Source: Macrostomum lignano
Lineage: Eukaryota
Reading direction: 5' to 3'
Assembly (NCBI GenBank): GCA_002269645.1
Contig: NIVC01001100.1
Span: 1 to 64,000 of the forward strand
DNA length: 64,000 nt
This document shows positions 51,036-63,097 of this stretch, piece by piece. Every line of letters starts with the position of its first letter. Within the stretch, counting starts at the first letter, position 1. The notes below the pieces were generated by a model that was not told where the DNA came from, did no database searches, and saw only the letters and a list, made by a program, of their open reading frames with translations. A program made the translations under genes and the position numbers.

Positions 51036-52051
51036 TTGAGACCTTCAAGTGTCTAGCTTACGTTAGCTTTTTTAGATTTTTTTCTAATTTAGCACAGAAA
51101 AACTTTTAACAATGTCCAACTTCCAGCTGTCAAGAGGGCTATTTCGAGTTGACTTACTCGTAGATTTATTTATAGGGCGAGTTGTAAAATTCTGATTTTT
51201 TTGCATATCAGCTTTGCCGGCACCTTTTCAACTGTAATCGCTGAGTGACTCAACATTCTGTCCCGCTCTTCTGCTATTCGTTCCGCCCCAACTCTGTCAA
51301 TGTAAATCTTCCCTATTGCCGGGAATTTTATCTGAAACTTTTTGTGAGCTATTTCCTGCAATCGGACGCGTTAAAAATGGCGACAGGCCCGCCAGAACCC
51401 CGCCTTGTTGGTGGGAACTCAACATATGAGTGCGGCAAATGACGGGCCTGAAGACCTGAGAGACCAGTCAGCCAATGCGAGTGCAGCTCGGCTAGGCAAA
51501 GTCTTTAAACTACAATGCGGAGAACGAGGCCGAGCTTGAGAGTGGATTAGCAACTCAGTATAGTGGATAAACACAGCCCTCCATACTATCCATAGTCTAT
51601 CCCAGCAATAATTTTCCCCACGCCGAATAATAGCAGCCAACGATTTTCGAGTCCGGGGGCGCACCCATCCGGTGTGGAGGGAGTCGCGGTCTGAACTGTT
51701 GAGCAGTTTTGGCTGATTCACGAGAAAAAATTATCTATATAGAGAGCAAAAGTTGGAGTTTAAAAATTTGCTTTAACCCAGTAAGGGGTATATTGTAGGT
51801 CAATAGAACAGTAAACCTGCTCAGCCAGGAGTCTGGCTCAGTTTCTGCTTTGCTAAAGAAACCCTGAAAGACAAAGAATGTCGACTGTAAACAAGAAGGC
51901 GGACAACTCCGATCCAGTCTCTGCGCCTCATCTAGGAGCTCTGGTCAAGCGCTACTCTGAGCACATTCTGGCTGCCGAGTCCGGAGCGACAGCAACATCT
52001 CGCGGGCATCGGGGCAGTCTGGACAGCAGCAGCAGCAGCAGCAGTGGCGTC

Positions 52052-52106
52052 GGGGGCCTACGGCCGACCTTCAAGAGGTGCCCCTGTTCTTAACTAACGG
52101 ACCGTA
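52052..52106 (+). ncRNA. HDV/CPEB3-like self-cleaving ribozyme (minimal, almost no P4)
   Basis: P1 GGGGGC/GCCCCU (G1-U wobble), P2 UACGGCCG/CGG(A)CCGUA, P3 ACC/GGU, L3 UUCAAGA, P1.1 C52072-G52086, J4/2 CUAA with candidate catalytic C52094; G1 coincides exactly with the TSD boundary. Confidence 0.82.
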
Positions 52107-55100
52107 CCACCACCGAGCCTGCGAAGAAGACCAAGAGAACGCGTCGAACTCCGAAAACCTTCTATCCGTCATGCGACTCCGCGGCGGCAACAGTGATATC
52201 TCAGTCCACCGCCGCCGGCCGCGTAGGAGACACAGGAGAGCAGCGTCGCGCAAAGCCGAGCCGGTCCAAGAGCTCCTCGTGCAGTTTAACTGCAATGGCA
52301 TCAAAAGCCGTAATACGGAGCTGGCCCACAGGCTGGCCTCCCTGCGCCCCGCCGCTATACTCCTTCAGGAAACCAAGCTTAAGAAAGAAGAAGATTATAA
52401 CCCGCCGCGGGGTTACGTGGTGGCCTCCAGGGAAGACGGAGTGCATAACGCCGGCCCCGATGACCGCGCTGTCGTGACACCTGCTCACCCAAATCGGCCA
52501 CCCGACACTGACGGTACAGGCACCGCCGGGACACGACGCCGTACCAACCCGCGCTGCCGGCTGAGATTCCCAGGACTCCGCGAAAACTGGTGCGCCGGAT
52601 GTCGCAGCGGCCGTACCGCCTGCAGCGTCCGTTTCACACCATGGCATGGCGCAGACAACCAATCTGTTCAAACCAGTGCATCCGGACGAGAAACCACCAG
52701 CACGCCACCGCCAGCCCAGTCCACTATCCCAAAAACCAACAAAAAAATTACAGGACGGGGAGGTACTATGGTGCTCGTCCGCGATGACGTCCAGTACGAC
52801 AGACTCAAAGTCGATAGAGAACACGACCTCCTGGACGTTGCCACCTGCCGCATCCGCCTCAAAGGACAGCAGCCGATCGTGATAGCATCTATCTATGCAC
52901 CACCATCCAGCTGCCAACGTCCCGATAACACCTGGCAACCCAGCTTCACCAATCTCCCGACTACCGGTAGAGTCATCCTCGGAGGCGACTACAACGCACA
53001 CGGAAGCTGGGACCGCCACATTGATGAAGATCTCAGAGGCCAGACCGTCGACGAGTGGGTCGCCCGCAATGGGCTCGTCATCTGCAATACCACCTGCCAC
53101 ACACGCACCTGCCCCAGTACTGGCCGCCTCAGTAGCCCAGACGTGACCATCTGTAGTAGCACCATTGCCGGATCCATCACGGACTCCTGGAAGACGCTAC
53201 CAGACTGGGGAAGCGATCACCTGCCGATCGTTTTCGGCCTCCCAGCCTCTAACACCGGAAAGACCCGTCACTGCGGGCAAAAACGCTGGATCTACAAGAA
53301 GGCAGACTGGGGAGCCTTCAGGGAGTCGCTAAATACCTGGGCAGAATCCGAAAGCAACGACACCACCTTAAACACAGAGGCCACACGCCTTGCCGAAGCC
53401 ATCCTGAACGCAGCAAGACTTGCCATCCCGCGCAGCTCCGGGAAAGAGACGAGACGCCTGCCGTTCTGGAACGACGCCTGCGAAGAGGCCTCCAAAGCTA
53501 CACGTTCCGCGAGACAATCCGCAGAAAAAGAACCGACACCAGAAAATATTATTGCCGCAAACAGAGCCCGCCACAACGCCTCAGGCTGTCTCCGGAGGGA
53601 GAAAAAAGCCTTCCTGTTCGACAAAGCGGCAAATTTCAGCCAGGACTCGGACATTTTTGGCTTACTCCGCGCACTGAGAGGCGATGGTTTTAAAACTCCG
53701 GACCCGGCTGCCATCGTCAGGGCCGCCTCCCCAGACTCGCCGGAGCGCACCGCCCGCACTAACAAAGAGAAGGCCGAACTCTTTTGCCAACTCTACGCCG
53801 AAGTTAGCCGAGTCCCCAGACGGAAAAATGACTCGGCCATCAGATACGAAGCGAACGAGGCCACCACGCCTATGGGTGACCCCCAAACAGACGGCCCGGA
53901 CGCCCCTTTCGAGATCGACGAGCTCCGCGCCGCTATCCGATGTCTCAAATCAGGGAAGGCTGTGGGAACCGACGGTGTCTCCAACGAGATGCTTAAACGC
54001 CTCCCGCCGGCCGCTGACAAAGCCTTACTCAGCCTCATCAACCGCACCTGGCGGGAGGGCAAAACACCGACCAGCTGGCGAATTGGCACTATTATACCGA
54101 TCCAGAAAAAAGGGAAAGACGCCGCATCACCGGATAACTACCGCCCCGTCGCACTTACCAGCTGCATCGCCAAGTGCGCGGAGCGCATGGTTCTGGCTCG
54201 TCTTAATTATGATCTGGAGAGCCGTGGCGGCCTCACGCCCACTCAAGCTGGTTTTCGTCGCGGTCGTAGCACCGAGGAACAGCTCGCGCGAGTCTGCCAA
54301 GCCATCTTTGACGGCCTCGAGAGTCTACCGGCGCTACGCAGCATCCTCTGCCTCCTCGACTTCTGCCGAGCGTATGACAGAGTCTGGCGCCTGGCCCTGT
54401 ATGCCAAAATGCACCGCATGGGCATCCCCAAGCGCATCATCCGCTGGATCCGCGGCTTCCTGTCGGACCGTCACAACGCAGTCCGCTGGGTTAACGCCAC
54501 GAGCCGCAACAGAGTCTTCCGCGAAGGTCTGCCACAGGGCAGTGTGCTAGCGCCCACGCTGTGGAATATCTATGTCAACGATTTAGCCCAAGCAGTCGCC
54601 GAGGCGAACCCTTTGGTTAGCCTCAGTCTCTACGCCGATGACTCGGCCTTACTGGCGACCGCTCGCACACTCGACATCTGTGCCAGAGAACTCCAACCAG
54701 CCCTGGATGCAGTGGCCGACTGGTGCCGAGATTGGAAAGTCTCCATTAGCACTGGGAAATGCTGCTACTCCACCTTCACTCTAGCGGCAAATGAAAACAA
54801 CGGCAAACGGAGAGTGAACCTCCAGATCAACGGCGACAAGCTTGCCTTCGATCCAACACCGACCTTCCTGGGACTCACTCTTGACGACAGCCTAAGTTTC
54901 AGCCACCATGCATCAAAGATCCGTAAAAAGATGGCCGCCCGCAGAAGACCTCTCACTGCCCTCGCTACCAGATCGGCCGGTGCGGACAGTCAGATCCTCC
55001 GCATGGCTTACATCGCCACCGTTCGCTCTGCTGCCGACTACGCGTGCGGGGTCTGGGGGTCTTTCACTGCAGCCAGCTCTAAGCTGCTGATCGACCGCCA

Positions 55101-56337
55101 ACAGCACAGCTGTGCGCGGATCATCACTGGGTGCCTCCAACTTACTCACATCCGGGACCTGCTTGCGGTGGCGAACCTGTCGCCCTTCAGCCACCTGGTG
55201 CTACAACGTAGTGCGACGCTCAGAGAAAGAATCCTACGTCTCCCGCAGGACACTCCAGCACTTCAGGTCGCCAAAATGGACACCCGACCACGACTGAAGA
55301 ATCGAGCCTTTGAGAGCCACCAGAGAACACCGAGAGACCCAAAGGACATCGTCACCGTCCTCCACGACTACCAGCGAGAACACCGTGGTTGCTGGCGCCG
55401 CGTTAGCCAAGAGCTCGACAGACAGGGGCTGCTCAACGGCCCCACCAGGGAGCCCGCTCCGCAGCTCCAGCCGCCGTGGACGGCCCACGAAGCGATCACC
55501 TTCGACCTCAGTTTGGCTACGCAGTGCAGCCGCAGCCAGCCCCAGAGCCTCCGCAGCGATACTGCACTGAGGTACCTCGAGGAGCGCGGCTCCCACCCGG
55601 TCAGCGTTTGGACTGACGGCTCGGCCGCCGGCGGCACATCGGACGGCACCAGCGCAGCGGTGATCATCACCCCATGCTGGGGTCGGGTCGTCACCAGCGC
55701 TGCAGGGAACATCTGCAGCAGCACCCAGGCGGAACTTCAAGCCATACTGCTTGCCATCCAGAATACCAGAGAGCATCAATGTATCGACATCTTCACTGAC
55801 TCCCAGGCGGCCATTTACAACATCATGGCGAGCCAGCGCAGCAACAGCAGAATCGTCTCCGAAATTTGGAACCAGAGTAGCGATCACTCCATCCGCATCA
55901 CCTGGATACCGGCTCACTGCGGCATCCCCATGAACGAACGCGCAGATAGGGCGGCAAGACTGGCGACCGCAGATCAGAGCGACCATGGTGTCCCCATCAT
56001 GGCAGCCAGCGCTTACCTCTGCCGGGAAAGACGTGATCTAGACCTCGAGCTTTGGGGCCGTAAGGCGCCATGGCCAAGACTCCCAACCTTGCCGAGGAAA
56101 TTTGAGGTCCTGGTCAACCAGCTCCGCGCCGGCTGCAGCAACCTTGCCGCCGCCACTAGACTCCGACTCGGCCTGTCCGACTCCGACGTGTGCCCGGACT
56201 GCGGAGCTCGCGACACCGAGCAGCACATTCTTTTCGACTGCCCACGTGGGTTCGCGGCCCGCCCCGGCGAACAAGACGCACTCCTGGTTGACGCGAGCCT
56301 CACCATCAACCTTCTTCGCAGGCTGGGGCGCATCTAG
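52078..56337 (+). CDS. LINE polyprotein: AP endonuclease, reverse transcriptase, RNase H, CCHC knuckle (first ATG 52171)
   Basis: APE: QFNCNG, QETK, GDYNAH, SSPDVT, SDHLPI. RT: NYRPVALTS, QAGFRRGRST, GLPQGSVLAP, YADD, FLGLTLD. RNase H: WTDGS, AELQAI, TDSQAA, WIPAHCGIPMNERAD. Knuckle: CPDCGARDTEQHILFDC. Confidence 0.96.
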   Translation: MPLFLTNGPYHHRACEEDQENASNSENLLSVMRLRGGNSDISVHRRRPRRRHRRAASRKAEPVQELLVQFNCNGIKSRNTELAHRLASLRPAAILLQETKLKKEEDYNPPRGYVVASREDGVHNAGPDDRAVVTPAHPNRPPDTDGTGTAGTRRRTNPRCRLRFPGLRENWCAGCRSGRTACSVRFTPWHGADNQSVQTSASGRETTSTPPPAQSTIPKTNKKITGRGGTMVLVRDDVQYDRLKVDREHDLLDVATCRIRLKGQQPIVIASIYAPPSSCQRPDNTWQPSFTNLPTTGRVILGGDYNAHGSWDRHIDEDLRGQTVDEWVARNGLVICNTTCHTRTCPSTGRLSSPDVTICSSTIAGSITDSWKTLPDWGSDHLPIVFGLPASNTGKTRHCGQKRWIYKKADWGAFRESLNTWAESESNDTTLNTEATRLAEAILNAARLAIPRSSGKETRRLPFWNDACEEASKATRSARQSAEKEPTPENIIAANRARHNASGCLRREKKAFLFDKAANFSQDSDIFGLLRALRGDGFKTPDPAAIVRAASPDSPERTARTNKEKAELFCQLYAEVSRVPRRKNDSAIRYEANEATTPMGDPQTDGPDAPFEIDELRAAIRCLKSGKAVGTDGVSNEMLKRLPPAADKALLSLINRTWREGKTPTSWRIGTIIPIQKKGKDAASPDNYRPVALTSCIAKCAERMVLARLNYDLESRGGLTPTQAGFRRGRSTEEQLARVCQAIFDGLESLPALRSILCLLDFCRAYDRVWRLALYAKMHRMGIPKRIIRWIRGFLSDRHNAVRWVNATSRNRVFREGLPQGSVLAPTLWNIYVNDLAQAVAEANPLVSLSLYADDSALLATARTLDICARELQPALDAVADWCRDWKVSISTGKCCYSTFTLAANENNGKRRVNLQINGDKLAFDPTPTFLGLTLDDSLSFSHHASKIRKKMAARRRPLTALATRSAGADSQILRMAYIATVRSAADYACGVWGSFTAASSKLLIDRQQHSCARIITGCLQLTHIRDLLAVANLSPFSHLVLQRSATLRERILRLPQDTPALQVAKMDTRPRLKNRAFESHQRTPRDPKDIVTVLHDYQREHRGCWRRVSQELDRQGLLNGPTREPAPQLQPPWTAHEAITFDLSLATQCSRSQPQSLRSDTALRYLEERGSHPVSVWTDGSAAGGTSDGTSAAVIITPCWGRVVTSAAGNICSSTQAELQAILLAIQNTREHQCIDIFTDSQAAIYNIMASQRSNSRIVSEIWNQSSDHSIRITWIPAHCGIPMNERADRAARLATADQSDHGVPIMAASAYLCRERRDLDLELWGRKAPWPRLPTLPRKFEVLVNQLRAGCSNLAAATRLRLGLSDSDVCPDCGARDTEQHILFDCPRGFAARPGEQDALLVDASLTINLLRRLGRI

Positions 56338-57906
56338 CGCCCCCGTCTCTTGCAGCTCAGCTGACATCGAGACGTGCGGTGCAGAGAGAGAGAGAGAGAG
56401 AGAGAGAGCAGTGGCGTCACTCTTCTTGAAATGGCTAACAGAGCGGCTGCCGCAGCAGCAGCTTCGAAGCAGAAAACTCGACAGAAAGTTGAGCAGAAAA
56501 CTGTAAGAAATCTGAGCTCTGCAACTACAGGAAAATTAGGATTGAAAAGTGCTGTTTATGCGTGCATCTGACAGGTCTGGCCCTGGATACTGGAATAACT
56601 AGATGGGCCACTCAGCACATTTGCGTGTAAGCTACTTTCAGTTCAGTAGTAAATTAAACAGAAGCATTTAAATGCATGTTTAAAGCCAAGGCTCATTTAT
56701 TGGCTCTTTACCCCCAGCTTAAACCCTCCAGCCGCGCCTTTCCACACTCCCCCGCCTCAGTTTTTATTGCCTTCTCGGAATTCCAGCCTAAAGCTGCCAT
56801 GTACATTTCAGAGGACTGGCTAATGTACATTATGGCTGAACCAATTAGCAAGTTGTTTACGCCTGCAAGCCCGGGCTTCTAAGCTTATCAAAGTCATTTC
56901 AGCCGCCTTTATTTTTATAAAATAGCTTATGTATTCTTTTTTGCTACTGAACTGAAGGTAGAAAGCTGTTTTACTAAGCATACTGCCTGAGTTATTTTAG
57001 TATCTGTGGCTCTGACTAACGAGGACTTCTTGCAGTGGAAGTGTGTGCGGCAACTTAAAATTACTTTAAACCTACATTTCCACTTTAGTAGTCCTTGACT
57101 GACGCTTCCGAACCATTGTACCCATTCGATAGGTAGCGTACAGATCGCCCCAGATCAGCCCAGAACCAGCCAGCATCAGATATCGCAAATGAAAGATAAA
57201 ATCCCAAGAAAATTTAGCCAAAAAGCAATTACGCGATTATACGAGTATCCTGAGGGCTAGCCACGGTTGCCTCACAAGTATTACTTAGACTAGTAAAACA
57301 TATAAAAGTGCTTCCATTTCCGTTGCAACTAAAAATGTCAATTACGTTATTAAAAACAACAAAAGGCCGAAGCCAGTCGCAGTCGTTGGACTCAGTCGAT
57401 CAGGCAAAGAGTCGTTGCCGCCTCGCTGTTTGTAAGTTTCTTCTTCCGCTTCGCTTGCTCCAAATTTACCAAAGTCACTCAGCGACTACACACTGTACTG
57501 TATTTTTGTGCGAAAAAAAAGCATCTGCATTTTTGTCCACCTTCTCTACTAACAGTAGAGTGAAATGCGGTCGGAAATTATTTTTGCTTTAAATTAATTT
57601 AAAGTTAATTCAGGATATGAGTAGAAGAGAAAAGTGAGTCTGTTGCCTTCACGCGGAGAATTGCCTCCCCCCTCCCCACCTAAATCATCCCACAGCTCTT
57701 ACTCGCTCTCTACCCAGTGCCGTATCTCTTCCCCTTCTCATTTCCTTCCTCTCTCTATTATGAAACCGAAATCTTTAAGCTGATAAAAAGTGCACCGCAC
57801 TCCCTGGTGATTGGGGAGAATATTTGTGAAGAACGGCTCGTCAGGGGTTGCGCTTGAATAGATATTAACCGCTGTGGTAGAGGCTGGCACAGCTGCCTAC
57901 CTGCCC

Positions 57907-59020
<1,114 letters not shown>

Positions 59021-59474
59021 TTTTTGTGAATCACTCCTATAGCCTCTGAGCCCCCACTTGTCATTGTCATCCATCAGCAGTTCAGCAGGCAGTTTTTTTC
59101 AGCAAACATTCATTTCCCCCTCTCAACATCGTGGCCTGTCTATTGGCAGGGCGGGTTTGCTAGCTAGTTCTAACTACATGTGGTACAGAATACCTGGCAT
59201 TTATTCCCCGGGATCCTGCTGAGTAGTTTTGTATCCAAATTCCTAGTCTGCCATCGCCCACTCACTCTGCCTCCCTCTCTGCTCCTCTTAGTCTCAACCC
59301 AACTCACTCAAACGTGAAAACAGCAGCTCTGCGCTCTCCAGCTGTGAGTCGTGCAGGTCGCCCAGTCTCTGCTGACAGAATTGAATTGTTCTCAACTAAG
59401 CTTAACTGTAATTTTGAGTGATAGCTGTTACTTTAACCTGTTTTAATCGAGGGGTAGTTTTTAAGCTTTATAAG

Positions 59475-60329
59475 ATCAGAGACCAGAGACCACAGAGAGA
59501 CCAGAGAGATCAGGGATAGACCACAGAGAGACCACATAGAGAGACCACATAGTGAGATCAAAAAGACCAGAGAGAGACCATAAAGAGAGACCACAAACAG
59601 AGATCACAGAGAGACCACATAGACCAGAGAGAGACCACAGAGACCAGAGAGACCACAGAGACCAGAGAGAGAGACCACAGAGACCAGAGAGAGAGACCAC
59701 AGAGACCAGAGAGAGAGACCACAGAGACCAGAGAGAGAGACCACAGAGACCAGAGAGACCAGAGAGACAGACCACAGAGACCAGAGAGAGAGACCACAGA
59801 GACCAGAGAGAGAGACCACAGAGACCAGAGAGAGAGACCACAGAGACCAGAGAGACCAGAGAGAGAGACCACAGAGACCAGAGAGAGAGACCACAGAGAC
59901 CAGAGAGAGAGACCACAGAGACCAGAGAGAGAGACCACAGAGACCAGAGAGACCAGAGAGACAGACCACAGAGACCAGAGAGAGAGACCACAGAGACCAG
60001 AGAGAGAGACCACAGAGACCAGAGAGACCAGAGAGAGAGACCACAGAGACCAGAGAGAGAGACCACAGAGACCAGAGAGAGAGACCACAGAGGCCAGAGA
60101 GAGAGACCACAGAGACCAGAGAGAGAGACCACAGAGACCAGAGAGAGAGACCACAGAGACCAGAGAGAGAGACCACAGAGACCAGAGAGAGAGACCACAG
60201 AGACCAGAGAGAGAGACCACAGAGACCAGAGAGACCAGAGAGAGAGAGAGAGACCACAGAGACCAGAGAGAGAGACCACAGAGACCAGAGAGAGAGAGAG
60301 ACCACAGAGACCAGAGAGAGAGACCACAG

Positions 60330-60361
<32 letters not shown>

Positions 60362-60560
60362 ACACAGAGACCAGAGAGACCACAGAGACCAGAGAGACCA
60401 CAGAGCTCAGAGAGACCACCGCAGAGCTTAGAGAGACCACAGAGCTTAGAGAGACCACTACAGAGCTCAGAGAGACCAGAGACGAGAGAGCTCAGAGAGA
60501 CCAGAGACCGGAGACCACAGAGACCAGAGAGACCAGAGAGACCAGAGAGAACAGAGAGAC
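59475..60560. repeat. AGAGACC-based purine-rich satellite
   Basis: AGAGACCACAGAGACCAGAGAG units. Confidence 0.94.
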
Positions 60561-60944
60561 CAGTCAGAGATGCCAGTCTCCCAGTTAATTGCAACAGAAT
60601 ATTCCGCCATTTGCTGACTTAATTGCTTCGTTTCCATAAAATATAATTTTCTGCTTTATTCGCCTTCCGTAGCGATTCAGAAATCCAGCTGCCTCACAGG
60701 GTCTGTCTCTCACCCTGTGGCTCCCATTTTTTGTGCAGCGGAGTAATTTGATAGCGAGGTGAGCAAACAGCCATGGAACTTTTTTATCTTTCAGCTGAAA
60801 CCCCCAGCACTCCCGCGTTCTCCAGTTGCAGCTGGTGGCTTCTCTATTCGTAATCGATTAGAGCTGCACGGCTGGGCAAAACAGACTGATATGGTTGGGC
60901 TGAGGAGATACAGACTGCTGTTTGCGCTTGCCTGTACTGCTGAC

Positions 60945-61201
<257 letters not shown>

Positions 61202-63097
61202 GTTACAGCAGCCGCCAGTACCAGCCAGCAAGCATCGCAGTGCTTATCTGATTGAGTTACCGCTTCATCTCACCCAAATGCCTGCAGACTTTTCTGATCT
61301 CTCCAATGCACAGACCGCCGTTTGGGTAGCCGAGCTGAGCTGGTGGAGAGGCTGGGAGAGCTGTGAGCAGTTTGTGCTCAATTTGCCGGGCCTGTTCCTG
61401 GCACTCATCCCTGGCCATATATTTGCGGTCGTGCCCTCCCCCTGTGTCTCTCGCCCTCTTCCTGCTTGTTCTCTTAAGGGCTTTGGGGACCCCACGCTGT
61501 TTATGAATATTAATTACCGTGGGGAGGGGGCCGCATCTCTTATAGTCTTCTATTTTTCTCGTCCATCCCCGCTCCCGTGAATCGGGATTCACCGTACGTA
61601 CTGTAATTTCCGCACATATCGGCTTTGTACTTTTTTCTCTGTTTAAAAACAAAGCAATATTTACCTGCTGGCTTGTTTTTATTAAATGTAGCTTGTAATT
61701 AAAAATCGCGTCAATTTAAATTTCTATAGTATTACAGTACAACAGTGAGGTCCCAGCCTGCAGACCAGTTACTGTTTGGTCTGTCACTGGATTAGGGTAA
61801 TAGATTAATATCCGGGAGAGCTTCCGGTCCGCGGTACTCTTATCTAGCTGGTACCTTGAGCCTGGTGAAAACTTCACCTGTAGTTTCCACTGCTTATTGC
61901 TGCGCTACCTTGACCTTATTTCTATTAAAGAATGCTGTTAGGAAAAAAATTGCCAGACTGAAAGTTGATTCTCCCCACTGGATTACCTTTGGGATTAGAG
62001 TTGCACTCTGGCTTCCCAGCTCATTGATATATTCCCCAGAGACGATGGGGCTGATAGTACAAACAGGAGGCTGTTTGCCTCATAAAAAAAACTAAACTAG
62101 AGCGGAGGCAGACAGGGAGATGGGAAGAGCGAATGGCAAAGCAGTTGGGATCCCTTGGAGTTCTTCGATATCCTTGGGCGATTTCTGCTATTGGAGCAAA
62201 ATTCTAAGAGAAATATGCAAAACAGGCGGTAGACAGACAGGCAGCTGGGACAGAGAGGGATCAGTCTAAGTGGGGAGAAAAGAGTTGGGGAATTCTGTGG
62301 CAGCAGGGGCCAAGACAGCATCAAGTTCCCGCAGTCTGCCGAATCTCGAAATTAAGATTCGAGTTGGATGTCAACGCGCGCATCTGGAGTTCGATGCCAC
62401 GGGCCTACAAGACATTATTTCATGCCCGCCTGAGATGGCTGCTCAGGGGTCGGCGAGGGAGCGCAGTTTGCGCTTTGGAGAATTAGAATGAAATGAACGA
62501 TGGAGAGATAGATAGAGAAGTTGAGGCTTTAAGGCCGGGTTAGGGAGGTCGGGAATTGCCCGAGAGGGAGAACTGAGACGGTTCGGGAGGGGGTCCCCGC
62601 GCGCTCGGGGTGATTGGCTTGGGCGACACGCTGCTTTCAGAATGGGACTTTGGGATTTCGCAGGAGGGTTGGGGGCAGGCCTCCAGAGCTCCTCGCAGCC
62701 TGCACTTCTCACCGCTGGATGCAGCCACGCGATTGGGCGCCCCCGACTGTCTGTGGACTGGGCGGATTTGGCTCCAGGTCTCCTCGGTGCTCTCGCTCCC
62801 TCGGCCACCCCAAGCCTCCTGCCCTTTCTTTCTCCTCTCTCCGTCCGCAGCCTGCATTTGCTAGCAGGGGCTGCTCGTCCGCAACCCTCCGCTGTACTTA
62901 ACTTTGCCCCTCCCGGGGTCTCCCGCCACGCGATGAACAACCAGAAAGAATTTTCTCTCGACACTGTCGCGAGACCCAACTAGAGGGACAAGCGGCACAG
63001 AATATCTCGACACCAGGTCACTGGGATCGGCTGAAATGACGGCTGCGGGCAAGGCGGCGAGGCTGCCACCAGCTTGAACTCCTCCGCTAGCAGAAGC

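Larger units (their letters stand above)
52052..56406 (+). mobile_element. Full-length Ingi/I-group non-LTR retrotransposon
   Basis: Perfect 12-bp TSD AGCAGTGGCGTC (52040-52051, 56407-56418); single intact ORF; (AG)n tail; 5' ribozyme-like fold. Confidence 0.93.
51878..56502 (+). pseudogene. Candidate unc-13 alternative first exon (51878-52051 + 56419-56502) split by the LINE
   Basis: Removing the element and one TSD gives a continuous frame MSTVNKK...SSSSGV|TLLEMANRAAAAAASKQKTRQKVEQKT ending at a phase-0 donor GTAAGA (56503), the same phase as the CaM exon donor. Confidence 0.5.

Noticed and set aside
50680-51057. Helitron (TCTACT... to ...CTAG) around the CCAAT array
   Set aside because: The subterminal hairpin is weak and the CTAG is followed by C rather than the expected T of an A|T insertion site.
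52432-52458. EDGVHNAGP as a 2A peptide
   Set aside because: Lacks the D(V/I)ExNPG-P consensus (no NPGP) and lies inside the APE insertion rather than at the N-terminus.
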